From the IMG/VR virus record IMGVR_UViG_3300045988_073134: a stretch of DNA of 64,000 nt; one strand, 5' to 3'. Below, one piece after another: positions 29,609 to 37,098 of this stretch; the first letter of the stretch is position 1; each line of letters starts with the position of its first letter. The DNA comes from a virus. The position numbers and the translations under genes were made by a program. A model generated the notes under the pieces. That model was not told where the DNA came from. It searched no databases and was given only the letters and a program-made list of their open reading frames with translations.

Positions 29609-30967
29609 TTAATATATAGCACCTTTACCACTTAATACTCTTAGTGCATCATCTAATGTTCTATAGTTAATACTGTCTGTCATTACTGCATAACGTATTT
29701 TATCCATAGCATGGTCATTCATCTTTAGTATTTCCTCCACGCCTTTGTCCAGTTTGTCTTCATCCCAACAATATGAACCAAATTCTTCAATATCACTTCT
29801 ACAGCTTGGGTCTAATGTAAATCTATCTTGATTTAATAGATAACTCACTAGTTGAATTCCAAGCTCAACATTATTCTTAGCTGGTACTACTTTGATATTA
29901 TGTCTTTGGAAGAACTTATTCTTCTTTACTTCTACTATCAGTGGAGCTGCACTTGGGTCAATCGTTATGTATTCAGGCATTACATTATTCTCTTGTATAA
30001 ATGCAATTAAATCTGTCACGTACTCAGCGACAGTTTTCTGTCCTTCTTTTCTACCATTATGATAGTAACTTGCTATTTGGTGATATCTCTTTGTAGGAGC
30101 ATAATATCCAAATATACCAAAAGTAGTAGCATTCTGAATACCAAAGTCAGCACTAATAAATATTCTCGTCCAATTAAGACTTAATTTCTTAGCATGTCTA
30201 TCAGGGTCAAACATTGGATATATAACTCCATCTGCCATTACCCATAGTCCTAAAATAAATCTCTTATAGAACACTCCACTGTACATTGATTTATATCTCT
30301 CTATGACATCTTGACTTAGACTTAAATTATCTTCCATTGTAAAATGTATATGTAGTGCGTTTCTCTCTTTACTCTTTTGAATCCATTCTTGATTGAACCA
30401 GTGGAAAGGACTATCAGGGTTACAGTTGAACCAAAACTTAGCACCTGTTACTGAGCAACGAGCAGTCGCTTGGTTGACAAAAGATTGTGGCATAAGTGCT
30501 ACCTCGTCAAAGAATACACCAGCTAAAGTTATCCCTTGTATTAAGTCTTGTGAACTCTCGTCCTTCCCACCAAATATATAAAAATAGTTTATTGCTTTCC
30601 TTATATTACCTTGCTTAGTTTTCCATGTTCTGCTAATAGTTAATAAGTTTTCACTTCTATTGTCATGGACTACATAACCTCTACTCATTAGCATTTGTTT
30701 CAGTGGCTGCACAACATTACGTCTACATGACGCTATTGTTTTACCACACAATGCAAAGTTCATACCATTAAATCTTTCTGTAGCCCAGTTTATATAGCTG
30801 AAACTCATACAAACTGTTTTCCCACTACGTACTGCACCGTCACATATTAGTGCAGTATTGTTTTTATAACGTGGGTCTAACCACCAAGACAACACTTGTA
30901 TTTGTTTGGGGCTAAATGGTTTCCAACCGAATGGCACTACTTTATTTAGTTTACTCATAGTCATCAC
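29609..30967 (-). CDS. terL: Terminase large subunit (PBSX-type)
   Basis: 452 aa with Walker A CDGAVRSGKT and Walker B-like GVFFDE. An acidic nuclease half follows. Confidence 0.85.
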   Translation of the reverse strand: MMTMSKLNKVVPFGWKPFSPKQIQVLSWWLDPRYKNNTALICDGAVRSGKTVCMSFSYINWATERFNGMNFALCGKTIASCRRNVVQPLKQMLMSRGYVVHDNRSENLLTISRTWKTKQGNIRKAINYFYIFGGKDESSQDLIQGITLAGVFFDEVALMPQSFVNQATARCSVTGAKFWFNCNPDSPFHWFNQEWIQKSKERNALHIHFTMEDNLSLSQDVIERYKSMYSGVFYKRFILGLWVMADGVIYPMFDPDRHAKKLSLNWTRIFISADFGIQNATTFGIFGYYAPTKRYHQIASYYHNGRKEGQKTVAEYVTDLIAFIQENNVMPEYITIDPSAAPLIVEVKKNKFFQRHNIKVVPAKNNVELGIQLVSYLLNQDRFTLDPSCRSDIEEFGSYCWDEDKLDKGVEEILKMNDHAMDKIRYAVMTDSINYRTLDDALRVLSGKGAIY

Positions 30968-31508
30968 CCTCGTTGATACGTTTTAATGAATCCGCTAATA
31001 TTGCCACAAAGTCGTCTTGTACACTTTCATCACCACCAAGTCCTGCAATAGCTTTTTTAAGTTCCATTTGTTCGTATTTCATCTTAAGCTCCATAGCTTC
31101 TTTAAATGGAATAGTACCAGTACACTCATCTAAGAATGTCTTTATGGCCACCATATTCTGTATTGCCTGAGCTAATTTAAAATGAGATATCTTTCCTTCT
31201 TTGTCTAATATACTGCTGCTATTGTTTACCATTGATTGTTCCCAAAGACATAGTAGCTTATATCCTGCTTGATAATATCTATCTACTAACTCTTTATTGG
31301 CATCTACATATACTGCTTGGCATTTATCTAATGCTAGTTGTTTTGTTGCTTTTCTTTTCTCAGCCCAACCTTCGTTGTGTATTAGCTTTGTTAATGTACT
31401 GTTACTAATATTCCACTTATCACACAATTGTTTATGAGTCATATTAGCACAATAATCTAAGAATAATTGGTCAATCTCATCTCCTGTTAGTTTTGCTTTT
31501 CTCGCCAT
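30951..31508 (-). CDS. terS: Terminase small subunit
   Basis: 185 aa with an N-terminal HTH (MTHKQLCDKWNISNSTLTKLIH). It overlaps the terL start. Confidence 0.6.
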   Translation of the reverse strand: MARKAKLTGDEIDQLFLDYCANMTHKQLCDKWNISNSTLTKLIHNEGWAEKRKATKQLALDKCQAVYVDANKELVDRYYQAGYKLLCLWEQSMVNNSSSILDKEGKISHFKLAQAIQNMVAIKTFLDECTGTIPFKEAMELKMKYEQMELKKAIAGLGGDESVQDDFVAILADSLKRINEGDDYE

Positions 31509-31516
31509 GTTATCAC

Positions 31517-31825
31517 CTACTTTCTAAAATGTTTTGGAGTATTATGATAGTGTTCTATCTCCACTTCCCCATCAATTCTCCTTTGTATTTGCTCTCTATA
31601 TTTCTTGCTATTACTCAATCTTACTAGGCTAACTAAAAAGTACTTGTTTACCTTCTTTGGTATCTTGTTATTGATAATACAATCAACTAGATACATTGCT
31701 TGTTTGTAACTATGAATGTGAGTATGTCCTTCATCCCATTCCTTCTTTGTATTATATACTACAAATTCATCATGTTCCTCTCTTTGGAATACTACCATAT
31801 ATTTCTTAGCAAATACTTTTTTCAT
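31517..31825 (-). CDS. Hypothetical protein
   Basis: 102 aa with RBS GGAGGA. It is the first gene after terminator 31965-31999. Confidence 0.5.
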   Translation of the reverse strand: MKKVFAKKYMVVFQREEHDEFVVYNTKKEWDEGHTHIHSYKQAMYLVDCIINNKIPKKVNKYFLVSLVRLSNSKKYREQIQRRIDGEVEIEHYHNTPKHFRK

Positions 31826-31964
31826 AAGACCATCCTCCTATCACAAATTTATATTAGTTATCAGTAACAATTATTAATGTAAGAATTCCTATTTTATGTC
31901 TTATTTTAGTACAATTAAAACTCATTTAGGACTTAATTATATAGGTTTATTGTTCTATTTGTAT

Positions 31965-31999
31965 TAAAAAAGGGCAATTAATGTACTATTAATCACCCT
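31965..31999 (-). terminator. Intrinsic terminator after the methyltransferase gene (boundary between early/middle and late modules)
   Basis: The minus strand reads AGGGTGATTAAT-AGTAC-ATTAATTGCCCT followed by TTTTTTAATAC. Confidence 0.55.
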
Positions 32000-32012
32000 A
32001 TTTAGCTGTTAT

Positions 32013-32936
32013 TTAATTGTTATTAGATACATTTTCCAATCTTTTATATATTATATTCTCTATATACTCATTGTTTATCTCTGTCGCTATATAATTTCTA
32101 TTATACTTTACACAAGATATTATCTCTGAACCACTACCTGCAAAGGGTATATAAACTAAATCATTTGGATTACTTGAGGCATTTATTATTCTGTCTGTTA
32201 CATCTTGTGGTTTCTGTGTTTTATGACCATATCTAACTTTATCAGGAATAAAATCCCATACATCAGTTACCCCAACAGGAAGATTAAATATATATCTTTC
32301 ATTTTTATATTGCTCTATAAGAGTATTGTATTCGTTTCTTATGTTGAATAATTTACAAATCTTTATCCATTGTTTTTCTGTTGGTACTTGAATTCCTTTT
32401 AATTTATTATGCACCCATCCAGTAGGTTTACCATTTTTACTCAATTCTAATTTTGAAATGTCTGATTGTGTTAAATTTAATTCTTTCATTTTTTGTTTCA
32501 TAATTCTACTAAATGGAGTATCAAAGAACTCATCTTGTTTTACATAATAAAGCAAATATTCGCTTGCTGTTGGAAACATTCTTAATTTATCATTTGTTCT
32601 GCCGGCTATTGCTCTTAATCCTTTAGATAAGGTTATATTCTGCCTAAAGTTTAATTGTTTATCAAATATTAATACCTTTTGCTTAGATAATATATCAAAA
32701 TTACCATAACAATAAAATACCCCTGTTGGTTTTAATACTCTCACACATTCATTAAACCATTGTTGTGTCCAATTAAGATATTCATCCTCAGTCTTCCATT
32801 GTTTATCCCACTTCTCGTTTATAGCCTTATAATATGGTGGGTCAGCTATTATTAGGTCCACACATTCATTTGGTAGAGTTCTCATATATTCCACACAATC
32901 ACAGTTATATACTTTATTTAATTCCAAAATAATCAT
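32013..32936 (-). CDS. Orphan DNA methyltransferase (beta-class N6A/N4C, DPPY)
   Basis: DLIIADPPYY is near the N-terminus and IPFAGSGSE near the C-terminus. No restriction endonuclease partner is seen. RBS GGGAGG touches ATG 32936, so TTG 32927 may be the real start. Confidence 0.75.
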   Translation of the reverse strand: MIILELNKVYNCDCVEYMRTLPNECVDLIIADPPYYKAINEKWDKQWKTEDEYLNWTQQWFNECVRVLKPTGVFYCYGNFDILSKQKVLIFDKQLNFRQNITLSKGLRAIAGRTNDKLRMFPTASEYLLYYVKQDEFFDTPFSRIMKQKMKELNLTQSDISKLELSKNGKPTGWVHNKLKGIQVPTEKQWIKICKLFNIRNEYNTLIEQYKNERYIFNLPVGVTDVWDFIPDKVRYGHKTQKPQDVTDRIINASSNPNDLVYIPFAGSGSEIISCVKYNRNYIATEINNEYIENIIYKRLENVSNNN

Positions 32937-32947
32937 CCTCCCAATAT

Positions 32948-32984
32948 AAATAGGAATTATCGCAGTGGTAGATAATTCCTATTT
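32948..32984. promoter_or_regulatory. Perfect 14-bp inverted repeat immediately upstream of the methyltransferase gene
   Basis: aaataggaattatc-gcagtggta-gataattcctattt. There is no clear T-run, so it may be an operator, a processing site or a weak terminator. Confidence 0.45.
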
Positions 32985-32989
32985 GGTTG

Positions 32990-33196
32990 TTATTTAGTTG
33001 TATTATTATTATTTGGTAGTGTATATTCAGTAATTAATTGTGTAAGATTATTAATAATTTTAGGTACGTCGTTTGCTTCTATACAATCTTCCTCTAATAA
33101 TGCTTGTATTACTCTTACTACTATGCTTGTAGCTTCTACTAATAAGTCTTCACTACTACCATCTAACATTATTTCTCCATCTTTACTTTTAATCAT
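32990..33196 (-). CDS. Small acidic protein, MIK-family paralogue 1
   Basis: MIKSKDGEIMLDGSSEDLLVEATSIVVRVIQALLEE... It shares an N-terminal pattern with the next four genes. Confidence 0.5.
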   Translation of the reverse strand: MIKSKDGEIMLDGSSEDLLVEATSIVVRVIQALLEEDCIEANDVPKIINNLTQLITEYTLPNNNNTTK

Positions 33197-33199
33197 ATA

Positions 33200-33745
33200 T
33201 TAATCCTCCTTACTTTGTTTATCTATCATTGCATCTAATAAGTCATCCATATCTATTCCTGCATCCTTAGCTTCTTTACGTAGTTGAATCATTTCTTCTT
33301 TACTCATTATATGGTCATTCATTACTGGCCACCATTTTTCTATTAATACACTCATCGCATACATTTCCCATGTTAAGTTATCCATATCTATTCCTAATCC
33401 TCCTTTTATAATATCATTTACAGTTATTTCTTCCGCCTCCTCTTTTGGCTCCTCTTGTAGTGGTTTTATGTGTTGCACTGTAGTTGATGTATCACTAGTA
33501 TATTTATGGTTACTCTCTATAGATATTTTTGTTGTTTGTGCTATTGTATCTATCATATTAAACTTAGCAGTTAATTCATCAACACCTGGTTGTAAGTTTT
33601 CTTTATTTTGCTCCACTATACTATTTACTAGCGTAGATTGTAGTGCAGTTAATTCATATAATAAATCTTTTAATGTACCTCTTACTATTGTACCTTCCTT
33701 TACTATTTGTACTCCATTTTTAGTATCCACAGTTATTTTAATCAT
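33200..33745 (-). CDS. Acidic protein, MIK-family paralogue 2 with a C-terminal extension
   Basis: MIKITVDTKNGVQIVKEGTIVRGTLKDLLYELTALQSTLVNSIVEQ... Confidence 0.5.
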   Translation of the reverse strand: MIKITVDTKNGVQIVKEGTIVRGTLKDLLYELTALQSTLVNSIVEQNKENLQPGVDELTAKFNMIDTIAQTTKISIESNHKYTSDTSTTVQHIKPLQEEPKEEAEEITVNDIIKGGLGIDMDNLTWEMYAMSVLIEKWWPVMNDHIMSKEEMIQLRKEAKDAGIDMDDLLDAMIDKQSKED

Positions 33746-33757
33746 ATATAGCCCTCC

Positions 33758-33958
33758 TTAATTATTTAAATTATTTTTTACTTGTTGTGCAAATTCGTCT
33801 ATAAAATCATTTATATGCTCTTTATCTAAATTACCCCTTTCTACTAATGTCATTATTATACTTATTGTGGCATTTAATAATTGCTCCACTACATCTTCTA
33901 CTTCTCCTTTAACTCTTGTTTTTACAGTTCCATCGTTATTTCTTGTTACTTTAATCAT
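33758..33958 (-). CDS. Small protein, MIK-family paralogue 3
   Basis: ATG 33958 (MIKVTRNNDGTVKTRVKGEVEDVVEQLLNATISIIMTLVE) has RBS GAGGAGGAG. The track start at 33988 has none. Confidence 0.5.
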   Translation of the reverse strand: MIKVTRNNDGTVKTRVKGEVEDVVEQLLNATISIIMTLVERGNLDKEHINDFIDEFAQQVKNNLNN

Positions 33959-33959
33959 A

Positions 33960-34118
33960 TTATTTCTCCTCCTCATTTTTAATATCAATAAAATATTTAG
34001 TTGTATCTAAATTACTCAAACTTAGTAATATGTATTTTAAATCTTCTATTGTAGAATGTCTATATATAAAACAATTCATGCCATTCTCTTTATTTACTAC
34101 TCTTACTGTATACTTCAC
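33960..34118 (-). CDS. Small protein (52 aa, GTG start), possible MIK-family relative, below the ORF-track cut-off
   Basis: Hand translation gives (M)KYTVRVVNKENGMNCFIYRHSTIEDLKYILLSLSNLDTTKYFIDIKNEEEK. RBS AGGAGG at 34126-34131 with a 7-nt spacer. The start overlaps the upstream stop (TAGTG). Confidence 0.4.
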   Translation of the reverse strand: MKYTVRVVNKENGMNCFIYRHSTIEDLKYILLSLSNLDTTKYFIDIKNEEEK

Positions 34119-34351
34119 TATTTAGCCTCCTTACTATTTAGTTCTTTTTCCATTGCCTCTACAGCCTCTTTAATATGTTGTATAGCTGCGAAGTCTGAGT
34201 AGTCCTTTAAGACTACATCTCTGTAGCCCATTAACAGGGCTACTAATTCATATTGAGATATTAATGGTTCTTGATGTGGTGTTACTTTCATCTTTACAAA
34301 CGCTTGAACCTTTCCATTAATTGGTTTTAATTTACTTTTTACTTTTAACAT
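34118..34351 (-). CDS. Small protein, MIK-family-like paralogue
   Basis: ATG 34351 (MLKVKSKLKPINGKVQAFVKMKV...) has RBS GGGAGG at 34358-34363. Confidence 0.5.
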   Translation of the reverse strand: MLKVKSKLKPINGKVQAFVKMKVTPHQEPLISQYELVALLMGYRDVVLKDYSDFAAIQHIKEAVEAMEKELNSKEAK

Positions 34352-34384
34352 ATTGTACCTCCCGTTATTTCCTTCATTCATCTT

Positions 34385-34421
34385 ACATATATAGTATAGA
34401 AATAATGCTCAATTTACTAAG
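34385..34421 (-). promoter_or_regulatory. 37-bp promoter motif copy P3
   Basis: The + strand reads acatatatagtatagaaataatgctcaatttactaag. Confidence 0.5.
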
Positions 34422-34428
34422 TAGATAT

Positions 34429-35031
34429 TTAATTATTTTCTATTGTTTCACTTGGAGATTCCTCAACATCGTTGTCTGTACTAGTTGTATCTTCAGGGTC
34501 TATACAGCTATCATGTACGTCCTTATTAGGATAATCTTCATCGTCGTCATAATTTTCATGTCTATTCCATTCTTCTTGTTTCTTTTGTTCATATTCAGGT
34601 GTATAGTTACCATTTTCATCATTTATTTGAGTACCATCTTCATCATAGCAAATAGGATATTTACCTTCTTGTTGTTCTTGGTCTTCTTGTTCATGTATTT
34701 TTTCTTGTTTCTTAGCTTCATCTTCTAGATGTCCACCATTTTTCTTAATTAATCCTTTTTCTTGCATTTCGTCGTCTGTCATATCGTCTTCATCTTTAGG
34801 TTGTTCTTTTGTAGTTTGTTCTTTTTTATCAGTGTCAGTAGTTTGTTGTTTTCTCTCTATTTGTTTGGCTTCATCTTTAGTTACTTTTTCTCTTTTAACG
34901 TTGCCATTTTCATCAACGTATTTAATTGTTACAGTGTCATCATCTTTACTGTCGTTATTACTACTACATCCAACTAATAAACTTGCACTTAAAATACCAG
35001 CTAATCCTAAACTCATTAATTTTTTCATCAT
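34429..35031 (-). CDS. Secreted acidic lipoprotein
   Basis: MMKKLMSLGLAGILSASLLVGC has a signal peptide and the lipobox LVGC. The mature part is very rich in Asp, Glu and Lys. ATG 35031 has RBS GGAGGT at 35039-35044. Confidence 0.65.
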   Translation of the reverse strand: MMKKLMSLGLAGILSASLLVGCSSNNDSKDDDTVTIKYVDENGNVKREKVTKDEAKQIERKQQTTDTDKKEQTTKEQPKDEDDMTDDEMQEKGLIKKNGGHLEDEAKKQEKIHEQEDQEQQEGKYPICYDEDGTQINDENGNYTPEYEQKKQEEWNRHENYDDDEDYPNKDVHDSCIDPEDTTSTDNDVEESPSETIENN

Positions 35032-35032
35032 A

Positions 35033-35290
35033 TTACTTACCTCCATTTAAACTTTTTATTTTTTTAGTGTTGTATTGTTGCTCACTTGTTTTGTAAGCAG
35101 TTAAAAAATTGTTATCTTTGTCTAATACTATTGTAGTCAAGTTCATTGTGTATATTAACTTGTTGCTTTGTTTACCAGTTACTACATCTTTGATGCCAGT
35201 TTCTAATGCTTCTAATATCTTAGATTTGTTAAGGCCATGCTTTTGATAACTATGAAGTAATTCCATCTTGCCAAATTTTATATCTAACAT
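35033..35290 (-). CDS. Hypothetical early protein
   Basis: 85 aa and the first gene after sigma-A-type promoter E1. Confidence 0.5.
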   Translation of the reverse strand: MLDIKFGKMELLHSYQKHGLNKSKILEALETGIKDVVTGKQSNKLIYTMNLTTIVLDKDNNFLTAYKTSEQQYNTKKIKSLNGGK

Positions 35291-35305
35291 TTACCTCAAC
35301 CCCTT

Positions 35306-35371
35306 TTTCTTATCTTTTATTAACTTAATTATACATCTACTTGTATAATTAATCAAGTGTTTTTTGAAAAA
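35306..35371 (-). repeat. 66-nt early promoter/leader element, copy 1 (paired with 56667-56732)
   Basis: tttcttatcttttattaacttaattatacatctacttgtataattaatcaagtgttttttgaaaaa, compared with copy 2, has about 8 mismatches. Confidence 0.7.
35328..35356 (-). promoter_or_regulatory. Sigma-A-type early promoter E1 (TTGATT-17-TATAAT)
   Basis: The minus strand reads TTGATT AATTATACAAGTAGATG TATAAT with an A/T-rich upstream tract. It overlaps the 9-6-9 palindrome AATTATACA-TCTACT-TGTATAATT at 35327-35350. Confidence 0.6.
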
Positions 35372-35406
35372 AAATAAAAAAAATCCCACATTTTTTTATG
35401 TGGGAT
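35371..35406 (-). terminator. Strong (bidirectional-looking) terminator upstream of E1
   Basis: The stem is atcccaca / tgtgggat with loop ttttttta. The minus strand is followed by TTTTTTTATTTT. Confidence 0.65.
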
Positions 35407-35418
35407 TGTGAAGTACGT

Positions 35419-35922
35419 CTATTGGTTTTTATATTCTTTTTCCACCAACCATAGTAAACAATAATTAGCTAAGTCCAATATAGTGTCATCTATTTTCTCG
35501 TCCTTTACCTTTTGTTCGTTGTTTGGGTTGCACAATGTTAATAGTCTATTATATTTGTCTGTAATCCTTACTAAGAATGATAAATCACCAAATTTTTTAT
35601 ATGTGTCTGCAACACTATTACCATAGTCATTATTTTTATTTTTATAAGTTTCCTCTAAGTTGTTTAATATATATTGGTATATATCCAATCTATCCATTTT
35701 AGCTTGGTTTATTGTTAGTGCCGGTTCTAACATATCTTTATTCCATACATAAGGGTTATTATAAGTAGCTAAATGGTAATCCCCGTCTTGGTCTATATAC
35801 TCTATAGTATCAACTAAACCTCTAAATTGCAGCATATCTTCTATAACACTACACTCTCCATATTTTTCACCTGCTTGTATACTATCTTTTATTTTAACTA
35901 AATCACCTATTTTATATTCCAT
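35419..35922 (-). CDS. DUF1599-like (nucleotide-modification-associated) protein with an N-terminal SH3-like domain
   Basis: The C-terminal half ETYKNKNNDYGNSVADTYKKFGDLSFLVRITDKYNRLLTL matches my recollection of the DUF1599 KNxDYG...R..DK..R signature. Confidence 0.45.
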   Translation of the reverse strand: MEYKIGDLVKIKDSIQAGEKYGECSVIEDMLQFRGLVDTIEYIDQDGDYHLATYNNPYVWNKDMLEPALTINQAKMDRLDIYQYILNNLEETYKNKNNDYGNSVADTYKKFGDLSFLVRITDKYNRLLTLCNPNNEQKVKDEKIDDTILDLANYCLLWLVEKEYKNQ

Positions 35923-35940
35923 ACTATTTACCTCCCTTTA

Positions 35941-36183
35941 CTATTCATTAAAACTTAATACTATATCACACGCTTTTATAATTCTATTATTTTTATATTT
36001 AGTTCTAATTTCGTCACCATTATTATATATTCTTACATTATTAGTAGTTTCGCTTAAATCTATTGTAATTGCTTTTTGCTTAACATAATCCCAGCCTACT
36101 AATAAATAACTATCTCCATCTATAATTATATCTCCACTAGTAACCAAATCCCCTTTAGGGTAGTTTTTCTTTTTAATTTCCAT
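35941..36183 (-). CDS. Hypothetical protein
   Basis: 80 aa. Its 5' region (catactatttacctcccttt) is identical to that of 35419..35922. Confidence 0.5.
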   Translation of the reverse strand: MEIKKKNYPKGDLVTSGDIIIDGDSYLLVGWDYVKQKAITIDLSETTNNVRIYNNGDEIRTKYKNNRIIKACDIVLSFNE

Positions 36184-36184
36184 A

Positions 36185-36274
36185 CTATTTACCTCCCTTT
36201 GTTACTATATAAAAATATATAAGTCCTAATAATAACTCACCAACAACACCAAATATTAAAACTTTAATTATCAT
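36185..36274 (-). CDS. Micro-ORF, 29-aa hydrophobic peptide
   Basis: MIIKVLIFGVVGELLLGLIYFYIVTKGGK. RBS GGAGGA at 36283-36288 with an 8-nt spacer. Confidence 0.35.
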   Translation of the reverse strand: MIIKVLIFGVVGELLLGLIYFYIVTKGGK

Positions 36275-36362
36275 CGTCTTTATCCTCCACACATAATAAA
36301 ACCATAACTATTAACCAAAGTATTGCTGCTAACCCTAATAAACATCCCATTAATTGTATCAT
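36264..36362 (-). CDS. Micro-ORF, 32-aa hydrophobic peptide
   Basis: MIQLMGCLLGLAAILWLIVMVLLCVEDKDDDN. RBS AAGGAGGA at 36371-36378 with an 8-nt spacer. Confidence 0.35.
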   Translation of the reverse strand: MIQLMGCLLGLAAILWLIVMVLLCVEDKDDDN

Positions 36363-36363
36363 A

Positions 36364-36552
36364 CTATTTTTCCTCCTTTAAATAATTGTCCAAGAACTGG
36401 CACAAATTTATTTTATTTCTATCCTTATATACAATGCAGTCAAAGCATAAATGGCAAAACTCACATTGTCTATGCTCTTTTAACCTTGCTATATTGCAGG
36501 GTGCTAAGACCCTGCATTCTATTTGTTCATTAGTGTAATAATATTCGTCCAT
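36364..36552 (-). CDS. Cys-rich small protein
   Basis: 62 aa with CRVLAPC...CEFCHLCFDC. Confidence 0.45.
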   Translation of the reverse strand: MDEYYYTNEQIECRVLAPCNIARLKEHRQCEFCHLCFDCIVYKDRNKINLCQFLDNYLKEEK

Positions 36553-36701
36553 TATTTATCCTCCTTATATGTTAAATATGCACATCCTATTGTTGTTGCT
36601 CCAATAATTCCCAAACTTACTGGGAATGAAAATCCAGCTATTATAGTAGCTATTGTAATTCCACCTATAGTAGCTAAGTTTGCAACTGTTGTATTATTCA
36701 T
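36552..36701 (-). CDS. 49-aa glycine-zipper-like membrane peptide
   Basis: MNNTTVANLATIGGITIATIIAGFSFPVSLGIIGATTIGCAYLTYKEDK. RBS GGAGGGGG upstream. TAATG overlap with the next gene. Confidence 0.4.
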   Translation of the reverse strand: MNNTTVANLATIGGITIATIIAGFSFPVSLGIIGATTIGCAYLTYKEDK

Positions 36702-36714
36702 TCTTTTCCCCCTC

Positions 36715-36897
36715 CTATTTTATTTCTGTTAAATCTATTAATTTAGCGATACCGTAACATACTATCACACATGAGCCACTTATTATAGCCCATGTATACT
36801 CTCTTAAACGTATATCACCAAACATAAGTATAAAATTTACTATTGCAAATACTTTGAAAATAAATCCTAAAAATTTTAATACATTATTGTTATTCAT
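36715..36897 (-). CDS. Small two-TM membrane protein
   Basis: 60 aa with FLGFIFKVFAIVNFILMF and AIISGSCVIVCYGIA. Confidence 0.45.
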   Translation of the reverse strand: MNNNNVLKFLGFIFKVFAIVNFILMFGDIRLREYTWAIISGSCVIVCYGIAKLIDLTEIK

Positions 36898-37098
36898 TTA
36901 CTCCACCTCACCTTTACTTAATATATATTGCATATATGCCAACCTACAGTCCGCCGTGTCGTATTGTGCTAGGGGGCAATCTTTGCAGCCCCTAGTTTTA
37001 CCATCATACATACTATCACAAAATAATTTAACTCTGTCTGTCAAGTCTGCCACTAATTCTCTATCACTTTTACTTTTTCTTCGGCTCATACATTCCAC
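36898..37098 (-). CDS. Cys-rich small protein
   Basis: 66 aa with CDSMYDGKTRGCKDCPLAQYDTADC. Its start overlaps the end of thyX. Confidence 0.4.
   Translation of the reverse strand: MECMSRRKSKSDRELVADLTDRVKLFCDSMYDGKTRGCKDCPLAQYDTADCRLAYMQYILSKGEVE

Noticed and set aside
35344-35349. Plus-strand TATAAT inside the E1 palindrome as a divergent promoter
   Set aside because: There is no acceptable -35 (TAACTT) and no plus-strand gene to serve. It is the mirror half of the palindrome.
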